Shown piece by piece: positions 18,110 through 24,973 of a stretch of 29,867 nucleotides of DNA (positions within the stretch are counted from its first letter, which is position 1; each line of letters begins with the position of its first letter). The stretch lies in the IMG/VR virus record IMGVR_UViG_3300025368_000016, positions 1 through 29,867 of that record. One strand, 5' to 3'. The DNA is from a virus (lineage: Duplodnaviria; Caudoviricetes). Both the position numbers and the translations under genes were made by a program. A model generated the notes under the pieces. It had not been told where the DNA came from and ran no database searches. It worked only from the letters and a program-made list of their open reading frames with translations.

Positions 18110-18817
18110 TCAACCCCCCTGCTGCGCCTGCACGCCGAGCTTGTTCGCCCGCGTGGGGTCCGGCTGTTGCACGTATTGCCCCGGGTTGACTTCGCCGTTG
18201 GAGATCTGACGGCCTCGGCTCGCGAACTTCTGATACTCGCGCCACATGCGGTCTGCGTCGGCCGCCCGCTGCGAGGACAGGAACGCGAGATACGCCGCAT
18301 AGTACGGCACGGCCTCGGTGAACGGCGCGGGAATGACCTCAACCGTGGTGTCGTCCACCAGGGCCGCCGGCACGCAGACCGCGTCCACATTGGCGGTGTA
18401 GCCATAGTCCGGCGCCGGGTTCAGATAGAGCGTGCCGCTCTCGCCCTGACCAAACTGCGAGTAGACGGTCGGCAGGCCCAGCTGCGGCACCGGATTGTTG
18501 AGATAGTAGAGCTGGAAATACGGAAACGGCCGCGGCGCCAGCCAACGTTGGCCTGACGCTAGGTTGACGGTGACGCCGCGCACGTTGAACACGCCGGCCA
18601 CGCCGGTCGGCACAGCGACTGACGAGAACGCGTAGGATTGCGTGCCGTACGTGAGCGCCAGCGTCGCGTAGGACCGCACGCAGTTGGTCTCGCCGGCAAG
18701 CTGGACGCGGGCCCGGTTGATGTAGCTGGTGATGTCGCTGGTGGCGTAGAGCGACGAGGTTGCCGCAGGGTTCTGGAGCAACTGAGTCGTCTGCGTCTGA
18801 TAGAGAGCCAGCACCAC
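18110..18817 (-). CDS. Head-tail adaptor / tubular protein A-like, 235 aa
   Basis: GAGGAGG SD; ITSYINRAR, LYLNPAPD, IPAPFTEAVPYYAAYLA pattern typical of podovirus adaptors. Confidence 0.75.
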   Translation of the reverse strand: MVLALYQTQTTQLLQNPAATSSLYATSDITSYINRARVQLAGETNCVRSYATLALTYGTQSYAFSSVAVPTGVAGVFNVRGVTVNLASGQRWLAPRPFPYFQLYYLNNPVPQLGLPTVYSQFGQGESGTLYLNPAPDYGYTANVDAVCVPAALVDDTTVEVIPAPFTEAVPYYAAYLAFLSSQRAADADRMWREYQKFASRGRQISNGEVNPGQYVQQPDPTRANKLGVQAQQGG

Positions 18818-18832
18818 TCGTCCTCCTCAACC

Positions 18833-18864
18833 AACAAAAAGGGGCGGGGCGCGAACCCCACCCC
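18833..18864 (-). terminator. Intrinsic terminator after the capsid/decoration genes
   Basis: Minus strand GGGGTGGGGT-TCGC-GCCCCGCCCC followed by TTTTTGTT. A second small hairpin (GGCTGA/TCGGCC, 18888-18867) precedes it. Confidence 0.85.
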
Positions 18865-18897
18865 CTGGCCGACGCCGGGTTTTCAGCCGTTCTCAGA

Positions 18898-19959
18898 TTA
18901 GAGCGGCTGCAGGTAGACCGTCAACGCCGCACTCTCGGCGGTGTAGAACGTCGAGGTGCTGGCCGTCGCGCCCGAGCCTGCGCCGTTGATCGTCAGCGTC
19001 GGGGCCGACGCCACCGGGGCGCCCGTGTTCACACAGAGCACCGCAGTGATGGTGCCCGCGCCGACCAGATTGGTGACGGCGGTTGCGTTGACGATGGAGC
19101 CGTAGTTCGGATCGTACGGGTTGGGCAGCAGCGTGATGGCCGGCACGGTGGTGTAGCCGGCGCCCACGTTCTGGAAGGTGAGGCCGGTGACGACGCCGCT
19201 GCTGATCGTGGCGGTGGCCGTGGCCGGAACGCCGGGCGACGGCGGCGACGGGATCAGCACGATCGGCGGCAGCGTGTATCCAGACCCGCCGCTCGTGATG
19301 TTGGTGGCGGTCACGGTGCCGGCGGTGGTCTGCGCGCCGGTCGTTGTGTTGGCGTAGGACACCGTCGTGGTCGTGGAGGCGGTCACGGTGTAGGTGCCGT
19401 TGTAGCCCGCCGGGACGACGCCCGCCACGGTGAGGATCGACCCGACCGGAACCGGGTAGGTCTGGGCCGCGAACGTCAGCGTGGCGATGGTGCCGGTGCC
19501 GCTCGCCGCGGTGGTCGCGACCGCCGACAGCGTCTGGTTGCCGAGCGCGCCGCCGACGACCGGCGTCCACACCGAACTGTTGCTGGACGAGACGGTGGTC
19601 GTGTTCGCCACGTAGCCGGACCCGGCCGCGCTGACGACCGCACCCGTGGCCACGCCCTGCGGGTTGATGACACGCTGGTTCTGGCCGTCGCTGTGGACGT
19701 AGCCCTCGCTCACGGAAGCCTCGCCGGCCGAATAGACCGTGCCGCCCGCGAACAGCCACTGGCCGGTCACGGGGTCAAGCCACTGCTGCGGTGCGCCGGC
19801 CACGATCCAGTCGCCCGCCGGAATGGGGAACGCCTCGCCGTAGCCGAGCGAGATCACGTTGGTGGCGGGCGTCGGAGCCGCGCCGATGAGGGAGGCGGGA
19901 TAGAGCGCCTGGGGGTAGGGCAGGCCGATGCCGGGACCGCCGAGCCGATTTTGTGCCAT
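18898..19959 (-). CDS. Virion structural protein, probable capsid decoration/cement, 353 aa
   Basis: AAGGA SD; lies between the capsid gene and the terminator; Thr/Gly/Ala-rich with GSGY repeats and a GYNGTYTVT beta-barrel module. Confidence 0.7.
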   Translation of the reverse strand: MAQNRLGGPGIGLPYPQALYPASLIGAAPTPATNVISLGYGEAFPIPAGDWIVAGAPQQWLDPVTGQWLFAGGTVYSAGEASVSEGYVHSDGQNQRVINPQGVATGAVVSAAGSGYVANTTTVSSSNSSVWTPVVGGALGNQTLSAVATTAASGTGTIATLTFAAQTYPVPVGSILTVAGVVPAGYNGTYTVTASTTTTVSYANTTTGAQTTAGTVTATNITSGGSGYTLPPIVLIPSPPSPGVPATATATISSGVVTGLTFQNVGAGYTTVPAITLLPNPYDPNYGSIVNATAVTNLVGAGTITAVLCVNTGAPVASAPTLTINGAGSGATASTSTFYTAESAALTVYLQPL

Positions 19960-19983
19960 TAGACTTGTCCTTCTGAGAGAGGC

Positions 19984-20604
19984 ATGATACCTGTGTATTC
20001 ACACAGCGGGAGCATACACTTGGTTACGCACGCCCCGAGGATTTGCCGCACATGCAGCGCCGAATTTGTACCCGCCGGGCCGCGGCAGATATTCTGCCGA
20101 ACGTCCTGCAACGTCGAGGGCAAAAATCGGCTGCGGGCCAAGTGCCGGGAAAGATGGGCTTCCAACGAAGAGTTTCGGTTGCGTCGAAGGAAATCCCGAA
20201 ACTCTTGGGCCGAAAACAACCCTGCGGCTTTCCAGGCTTTTATAGACAAGCAATTCCAAAAAATCCGCATAGACGAACCCTGGAAAGCCTTGCTGTACTC
20301 GAGCAAAAGCCGTTGTGCAAAACGCGGGCAGCCTTTCGGCTTGACCGAAACTTGGGCGAAAGACCGCTGGACCGGAAAATGCGAACTAACCGGCATACCG
20401 TTTTCGCTGGGTCGCAAAAAACAGGAACCGCGCGTTTTTTCACCAAGCATCGACCAGATCCGCCCCGGCGCCGGGTACACGACCGATAATTGCCGATTCG
20501 TGCTCTGGGCAGTCAATGCGCTCAAAGCAGACGGCAACGACGACAACATGTACCAGATCGCCGAGGCGCTCATGATCAAAAAGCGCTCCCTTGGAACCCG
20601 GTGA
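19984..20604 (+). CDS. HNH-like (beta-beta-alpha-metal) endonuclease-family protein with N-terminal Zn ribbon, 206 aa
   Basis: GAGAGG SD; CRTC...FCRTSC; CELTGIPF...SPSIDQIRPGAGYTTDNCRFVLWAVNALK; lower GC than its flanks. Confidence 0.75.
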   Translation: MIPVYSHSGSIHLVTHAPRICRTCSAEFVPAGPRQIFCRTSCNVEGKNRLRAKCRERWASNEEFRLRRRKSRNSWAENNPAAFQAFIDKQFQKIRIDEPWKALLYSSKSRCAKRGQPFGLTETWAKDRWTGKCELTGIPFSLGRKKQEPRVFSPSIDQIRPGAGYTTDNCRFVLWAVNALKADGNDDNMYQIAEALMIKKRSLGTR

Positions 20605-21601
20605 TAATTGCGTTTGCGGAAGGTTTCGAGGTGATGACGTTGTAGCCGAGCACTGTAACGCCCTGCTGGCCGATCTGGCCCAGCGGCACCAACGAATAGA
20701 ACCCAGAGAAGTCGAACGCCGCGTCCTCGCTCATGTAGAACGAGGTGTAGCGAGAATTGATGAAGAAGGCGGACCCCTTCGGGCAGAAGTGGTCGGCAAA
20801 GATCGGAATGCCAGCGATGTTGACGTTCGGGAAGGACGACCGCACCGGAGTGCCCATCGTGCCTTCCTGGCCCGGCCGGGTGAAGATCTGCTCGACGCCG
20901 ATGAACGAGTTGTTCAGGGTCGAGAAGTCGCCCGGGTTCATCACGCCGAACGTCGGCGCCTCGCCGCCAGCCGCATCGGTAATCTGAATGATGTACTGCG
21001 ACATCGTCTGACGCGTGAACCCGGAGGTCAGCGTCGAGGCGTTGTAGTACTGACCCTTCCAGTTGGCGTTGCCCGCAGACAGGCGGTTGATGCCGCCGTA
21101 GGTCGGGTAGTTCACGCCGTTGTCGAAGCCGTCCGCGAAGCCGTTCGGCTGCAGCGGGTTGGCGCCCGTGTTGCCCGAGAACATCAGCGGCGCGAGGTTC
21201 TGCACGGAGACGGCGTACACGTCATTCATGCGGGCCTTGAGAAGCGAAATCTCGCGGTCGGTTGCCTGGATCACCGTTTCGCCAAACGGCAGCGGCACCG
21301 GGACCACCCAATAGCAGGTGTTCCACTGTGCGTTCTGCACGCCCGGCGTGATGTTGGGCTGGTTGAAGCCGCCGCCGTAGCCGGTGAACTGGCCCTGCAC
21401 CATGGACTGGCCCTGGGTCGGAATGGTAATCTGCGACATGCCGCCCGCCACTTTCTGGGCGTTGCCCATCATGTAGAAGAACGTCGGGGTCGCGTAGTAC
21501 ATCTGCACGAAGAGCTTCGGAACGAATGCGCGGCGAGTGACCGCCGTCAGTTCGTTGTAAAGGGCTCCTGTGGGGGCTGCACCGGTACCGGGGATCGGCA
21601 T
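20576..21601 (-). CDS. Major capsid protein, 341 aa
   Basis: AAGGAG SD, strong codon bias, size and position after the scaffold; GIPIFADHFCPKGSAFFINSRY resembles an HK97-fold C-terminal region. Confidence 0.85.
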   Translation of the reverse strand: MPIPGTGAAPTGALYNELTAVTRRAFVPKLFVQMYYATPTFFYMMGNAQKVAGGMSQITIPTQGQSMVQGQFTGYGGGFNQPNITPGVQNAQWNTCYWVVPVPLPFGETVIQATDREISLLKARMNDVYAVSVQNLAPLMFSGNTGANPLQPNGFADGFDNGVNYPTYGGINRLSAGNANWKGQYYNASTLTSGFTRQTMSQYIIQITDAAGGEAPTFGVMNPGDFSTLNNSFIGVEQIFTRPGQEGTMGTPVRSSFPNVNIAGIPIFADHFCPKGSAFFINSRYTSFYMSEDAAFDFSGFYSLVPLGQIGQQGVTVLGYNVITSKPSANAIITGFQGSAF

Positions 21602-21616
21602 ATCAAGGTCTCCTTA

Positions 21617-22192
21617 TTACCGACCGCGCACCTGGCGCAGCGTGGTGTTGATCAGACTGTCCAGCGCCATCGGATCGTCGGGGTTGGCGAAGAGCTTCTG
21701 CATCTCCTCGCCGCCGCGGTTGTCCGGCTCGAACAGATCGAACCGATTGGCGCCCACGCTCTTGACCGGCTCGGCCGGCGGATGGAGACGCTCGAAAGCG
21801 GCGGCCGCGACCTCATGATCCGCGATGCCCTTCTCCTCCATGAACTTCTCGACTTCGGTCAGGCCCTCGTCGGTGTAGCCGTTGGCGCGCAGCCTGTTGC
21901 GGCCACGGTCCCAGGTCTGCTGCAGCTTTTCCATACGCTGCTGCTTCTCGCGCTCGGCCCGCTCGTCGGCGAGCTGCTGCGCCAGCGTGTCAAAGCGCTT
22001 GGTGATCTCGCTGATCTCGGTGCGCAGCGGCTCGTGCGCGTCCAGCTCGGGGATGACCAGATCCGGGTTCAGCGTCTTCTGGGCCTCCAGAACCTTGCGG
22101 CGCGTGGCCGGGTTGTTCAGGAGCTTCTGCATGGTCTCAGTGACCTGGCGGTGCGCCGCCCACTCGCTGGCTTCGACTTCGATCAGGGCCAT
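21617..22192 (-). CDS. Probable scaffolding protein, 191 aa
   Basis: Charged coiled-coil (LAQQLADERAEREKQQRMEKLQQ) directly upstream of the capsid gene. Confidence 0.7.
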   Translation of the reverse strand: MALIEVEASEWAAHRQVTETMQKLLNNPATRRKVLEAQKTLNPDLVIPELDAHEPLRTEISEITKRFDTLAQQLADERAEREKQQRMEKLQQTWDRGRNRLRANGYTDEGLTEVEKFMEEKGIADHEVAAAAFERLHPPAEPVKSVGANRFDLFEPDNRGGEEMQKLFANPDDPMALDSLINTTLRQVRGR

Positions 22193-22197
22193 GGAGA

Positions 22198-22365
22198 TCA
22201 GCCCTTATTCGGGACGTGCGAGATGGACATGTCGCCGGACTTCTGCGAGTTTGGCAGATGGCTCTTGCGACCGCCCACGTCGAGCTGGTCCATCGGGGTG
22301 CGCACGATCTGCGAGTCGGTGCCGCGCGGAATGGACTTCGTGGTGTCCTGGAAAATGTTGACCAT
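22198..22365 (-). CDS. Small hypothetical protein, 55 aa
   Basis: Not in the ORF track. TAAGGA SD, ATG at 22365, MVNIFQDTTKSIPRGTDSQIVRTPMDQLDVGGRKSHLPNSQKSGDMSISHVPNKG, TGA at 22200-22198; fills the gap exactly. Confidence 0.75.
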   Translation of the reverse strand: MVNIFQDTTKSIPRGTDSQIVRTPMDQLDVGGRKSHLPNSQKSGDMSISHVPNKG

Positions 22366-22377
22366 GTGCGTCGTTCC

Positions 22378-22806
22378 TTACTGAGCGGGAGGTGACATTC
22401 CGCCGCCGGCACCGCCGGCACCGCCGCCCGGAGGCTGCATGGCGCGAACAGCCGCGATCTGCGGCGACATCTGCTGGTTGCGCTGCATCAGCGCTTCGAG
22501 CGTGCTTTGCTGCACGCCAGAGGGGACCGACCCCTCGGGAATGTGCTTGAGAAGAGCGTGGACGGCCTTGACGACATCCTTGCCGACCTCGGACGAGATG
22601 CCGAGCGTCTTGACAGCGTCCTCAAGAATGCGGACAGCCACGGCCACGCGGGACAACCCCGCAGCTTCCATTCCCCGGTTGGGGGTGGGCTGCGAAACCG
22701 GGGAGGAGCCAAAAGGCGGCTGACCCGGATTCGACCCGGCACCCGGTGCTGCGGCTGCAGCAGGCGGGGCCGAGGGGGCTGCGGCTTGACCGAGGCTGCC
22801 CGACAT
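22378..22806 (-). CDS. Hypothetical head-region protein, 142 aa
   Basis: Pro/Gly-rich termini around a helical core; located between portal and scaffold. Confidence 0.75.
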   Translation of the reverse strand: MSGSLGQAAAPSAPPAAAAAPGAGSNPGQPPFGSSPVSQPTPNRGMEAAGLSRVAVAVRILEDAVKTLGISSEVGKDVVKAVHALLKHIPEGSVPSGVQQSTLEALMQRNQQMSPQIAAVRAMQPPGGGAGGAGGGMSPPAQ

Positions 22807-22810
22807 GGTC

Positions 22811-22846
22811 TTACTTGCGACCCTTGCGGTGCATCTTGCGAGCCAT
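22811..22846 (-). CDS. 11-aa basic micropeptide MARKMHRKGRK
   Basis: AGGAGG SD 5 nt before the ATG at 22846; TAA at 22813-22811; next gene starts 4 nt later. Confidence 0.6.
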   Translation of the reverse strand: MARKMHRKGRK

Positions 22847-22857
22847 GGTACCCTCCT

Positions 22858-22964
22858 GGCACTCAGTTGATCCGGCCGAACGCGAAAGCGATCGACACCG
22901 AGGGGGCTCCTCTCCCAACAACCGCCGCCCAGGGTCTTGCGACTCGGGAGGACAACTGCCTCGG
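22858..22964 (-). ncRNA. Candidate structured RNA / 5' leader of the head genes
   Basis: Closing helix CAGTTGTCC (22958-50) / GGATCAACTG (22873-64); GTC-GCAA-GAC GNRA hairpin (22943-34); hairpin GTCGATCGC-TTTC-GCGTTCGGC (22896-75). Folded by eye only. Confidence 0.4.
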
Positions 22965-22989
22965 ATGACTATCGGTAAACCCAAAGCCG

Positions 22990-23018
22990 TTGACGGAGAT
23001 ACATCACGGTTGTAGCGT
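22990..23018 (+). promoter_or_regulatory. Sigma70-type promoter for the HTH gene (predicts a leaderless mRNA)
   Basis: TTGACG (22990-95), 17-bp spacer, TAGCGT (23013-18); the ATG A is 7 nt after the -10 element and there is no SD. Confidence 0.6.
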
Positions 23019-23024
23019 GTTGGC

Positions 23025-23222
23025 ATGATTGCTTCGCGCTGGATCACGGTGAAAGAAGTGGCCGCGCTTTGCGGGGTCTCCAGAGCCTATTTGCTGCGCC
23101 ATCGGCAGGACGGCCACGCGCCGCCGCATCACCGCCGCGGGCGAAATATTCTCTACGACCGGGAAGAAGTGGGCGCCTGGATCGAAAGCCAACGCGTCGG
23201 AGGCCAGCAAGCGCGCAGCTAG
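23025..23222 (+). CDS. AlpA/excisionase-type helix-turn-helix DNA-binding protein, 65 aa
   Basis: WITVKEVAALCGVSRAYL...G..PP...RGRNILYDREEVGAWI matches the MerR-like winged HTH pattern of AlpA/Xis proteins. Confidence 0.85.
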   Translation: MIASRWITVKEVAALCGVSRAYLLRHRQDGHAPPHHRRGRNILYDREEVGAWIESQRVGGQQARS

Positions 23223-24871
23223 TGCTTGCCTTTGCCCTTTCCGAGCAGCTCCGGGTGCTCCTGAATCATTTTCGCTTTCTGTTGCTGCATCTCGGCATAG
23301 CGCTGCTTAAGAATGTCCTTCTGCGGGAACGGCAGCATCTCGATCGCGCTCTCGCCGCCGATGAACCCCGACTTGAGGCCGAACGCGATCAGCTGCTGGT
23401 GGTTGTCGGCGAAGATCGGGCTCGACGAATGGCTGTCCACGATCACGCGGCGGTCTTCCGGCAGGTCGTGCAGCAAGAACCCCTTTTTGTCCTCGGTCAT
23501 GTATTCCTGGGCGTCTTTAGCCTGCAAGAGATCCAACGTCTTGTCCGCCATTGCTGCGCACTGGCGCTCAACCAGCAACGACCGGTCCCGCAGCCGCGGT
23601 GAGGCCATCTTGGACAGCGTCTCCGCGTGATTGCCGGATCGCACGCCCATCTCGCCCTGCCCAGACAGGATGTTAGAGAACCCGGACACTTCCTCCATGA
23701 ACTTGTTCAGCGTGTCGATTGCCTGGAACGTCTGCGGCGGCAGCCCGGGCGTGAGATCGTTCACGCTGGCGCCCGCCGGCAGATCGACGTAGCCGGCCGC
23801 GCGGAACTCATCGTATTTTTCGTCGGTGATGCCGTCCGCGCCCACAAAGGCAAGAATCTTATCGAACTGCACGCCCATCAAACGCCGCAGATCGTCCATC
23901 CACGTGGCCAAAAGACCCTGGGGCTCCATAAGGTCTACGATCTCCGACCGGCCCCAGAAATACCCGGCCGTCTGATTCGGCTGCACCAGGCTGAACGGTT
24001 GAGTCTTCGGAGCGAACATATTCTCGCGCTTGAAATACGGGCTGACGAGGATGTCCGGTTCGATCAGCAGAACCGTCGTGTAGTCCTCGCGCTCATCGTC
24101 CTTCACCCACAGCTCGTGGAACGGCACAAGGTCAATGTTGACCTGAGGCCCGACCATGGACCCGCCGCCAGTCCCGGCCAGCTGCACGACGCCGCCCGGC
24201 GTCTGCCGCGCGCTCTCAATGCCGGTCGTGTTGAGGATGCTGGTGGACAGGACGTTGTGGAAGAAATTGCCGTTCAGCGTCTCGGTTGTCTCGCGGCTGG
24301 CGTTCGCCCGGATGCGCGTGAACATGGACTCGGCATCCGGCAGATGACTGATCCGCCGCCACACCTCGGGCAGCGTCATCAGGCCGCTCTCACACAGCGC
24401 TTCCTGCTCCTCGATGCTGTTGATGTCCTCGCGATAGACACCGAACTGCCAGGGCATGACGACGCGGGCTTCCACACCGGAGTGGCCCCACATCTGCTTC
24501 ATGATGGCGCCGCCGTATTGGAGCGCCAGATTGACGGCGTTGCCAAACTGGACATCGATGTCCTTGCGCTCCCACTCGCGCGTCAGCACGCGAGCCGCGA
24601 CCTCTCCCTTGGCCAACACGTCCGCTGCGTAATGCGCCTCGTAGTCCAGCACGAACCGCAACTCGGCCGGGCTGAACAAGTGCGACTGCAGCCGGTCCAC
24701 GTGAGCGAACAGCTTGTTCACGAGGGCGCGTTGCCCCGAGTCCCGCCCGGTTTCGACCCAGAGGTTGTGAACCCGGCACAGCGCCGCCCGCTGGCCGGCC
24801 GATGCGCGGCAGGCCTCCTTGATGTTGAGCACCTGGCGCAGAAGTTCGGTTTTGCTCGACGGCAGAATCAT
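23219..24871 (-). CDS. Portal protein, 550 aa
   Basis: Size and position between terminase and head genes; EEVSGFSNILSGQGEMGVRSG resembles P22-like portal motifs. Confidence 0.85.
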   Translation of the reverse strand: MILPSSKTELLRQVLNIKEACRASAGQRAALCRVHNLWVETGRDSGQRALVNKLFAHVDRLQSHLFSPAELRFVLDYEAHYAADVLAKGEVAARVLTREWERKDIDVQFGNAVNLALQYGGAIMKQMWGHSGVEARVVMPWQFGVYREDINSIEEQEALCESGLMTLPEVWRRISHLPDAESMFTRIRANASRETTETLNGNFFHNVLSTSILNTTGIESARQTPGGVVQLAGTGGGSMVGPQVNIDLVPFHELWVKDDEREDYTTVLLIEPDILVSPYFKRENMFAPKTQPFSLVQPNQTAGYFWGRSEIVDLMEPQGLLATWMDDLRRLMGVQFDKILAFVGADGITDEKYDEFRAAGYVDLPAGASVNDLTPGLPPQTFQAIDTLNKFMEEVSGFSNILSGQGEMGVRSGNHAETLSKMASPRLRDRSLLVERQCAAMADKTLDLLQAKDAQEYMTEDKKGFLLHDLPEDRRVIVDSHSSSPIFADNHQQLIAFGLKSGFIGGESAIEMLPFPQKDILKQRYAEMQQQKAKMIQEHPELLGKGKGKH

Positions 24872-24874
24872 GGT

Positions 24875-24903
24875 TTGCGCTTTGCGAACGGGTGTGGTAG
24901 CCG
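24875..24903 (+). promoter_or_regulatory. Putative promoter of the sRNA
   Basis: TTGCGC (24875-80), 17-bp spacer ending in TGG (extended -10 TGn), TAGCCG (24898-903). Confidence 0.45.
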
Positions 24904-24909
24904 AGAGGT

Positions 24910-24968
24910 GTAGGCGTTATCTTCCTCCCTAAACTTTCCCGGTGGCCTCGGCTGCCGGGTTTTTTTTT
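24910..24968 (+). ncRNA. Small RNA resembling the alpha-r8 / MmgR / GsrN family (Rfam suhB motif)
   Basis: GGCGTTATC-TTCCTCCCT-AAACTT followed directly by a GC hairpin and T9. This matches the family layout of a conserved UUCCUCCCU anti-SD core, an A(A/G)ACUU linker and a terminator. 5' end estimated from the promoter. Confidence 0.75.
24938..24968 (+). terminator. Plus-strand intrinsic terminator (3' end of the sRNA)
   Basis: CCCGGTGGC-CTCG-GCTGCCGGG then nine T. Two G-U pairs form only on the plus strand. Confidence 0.9.
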
Positions 24969-24973
24969 AGACC

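Noticed and set aside
19959-20579. Minus-strand 206-aa ORF bridging capsid and decoration genes
   Set aside because: It is the antisense shadow of the HNH-like gene, which has clear motifs. Its neat start and stop overlaps are curious, but the protein has no recognisable features.
20591-22384. Long plus-strand ORFs (597 aa here; also 23627..24913, 7827..9071, 9581..10645, 1605..2534, 2538..3467)
   Set aside because: They mirror well-supported minus-strand genes, lack motifs, and are expected shadows of high-GC codon bias.
22860-22980. Hammerhead ribozyme or tRNA in the structured region
   Set aside because: No CUGANGA/GAAA catalytic core arrangement and no cloverleaf with a T-loop consensus were found by eye.
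22811-23047. 78-aa ORF-track call
   Set aside because: It overlaps the HTH gene and its promoter. Only the last 11 codons have an SD-supported start.
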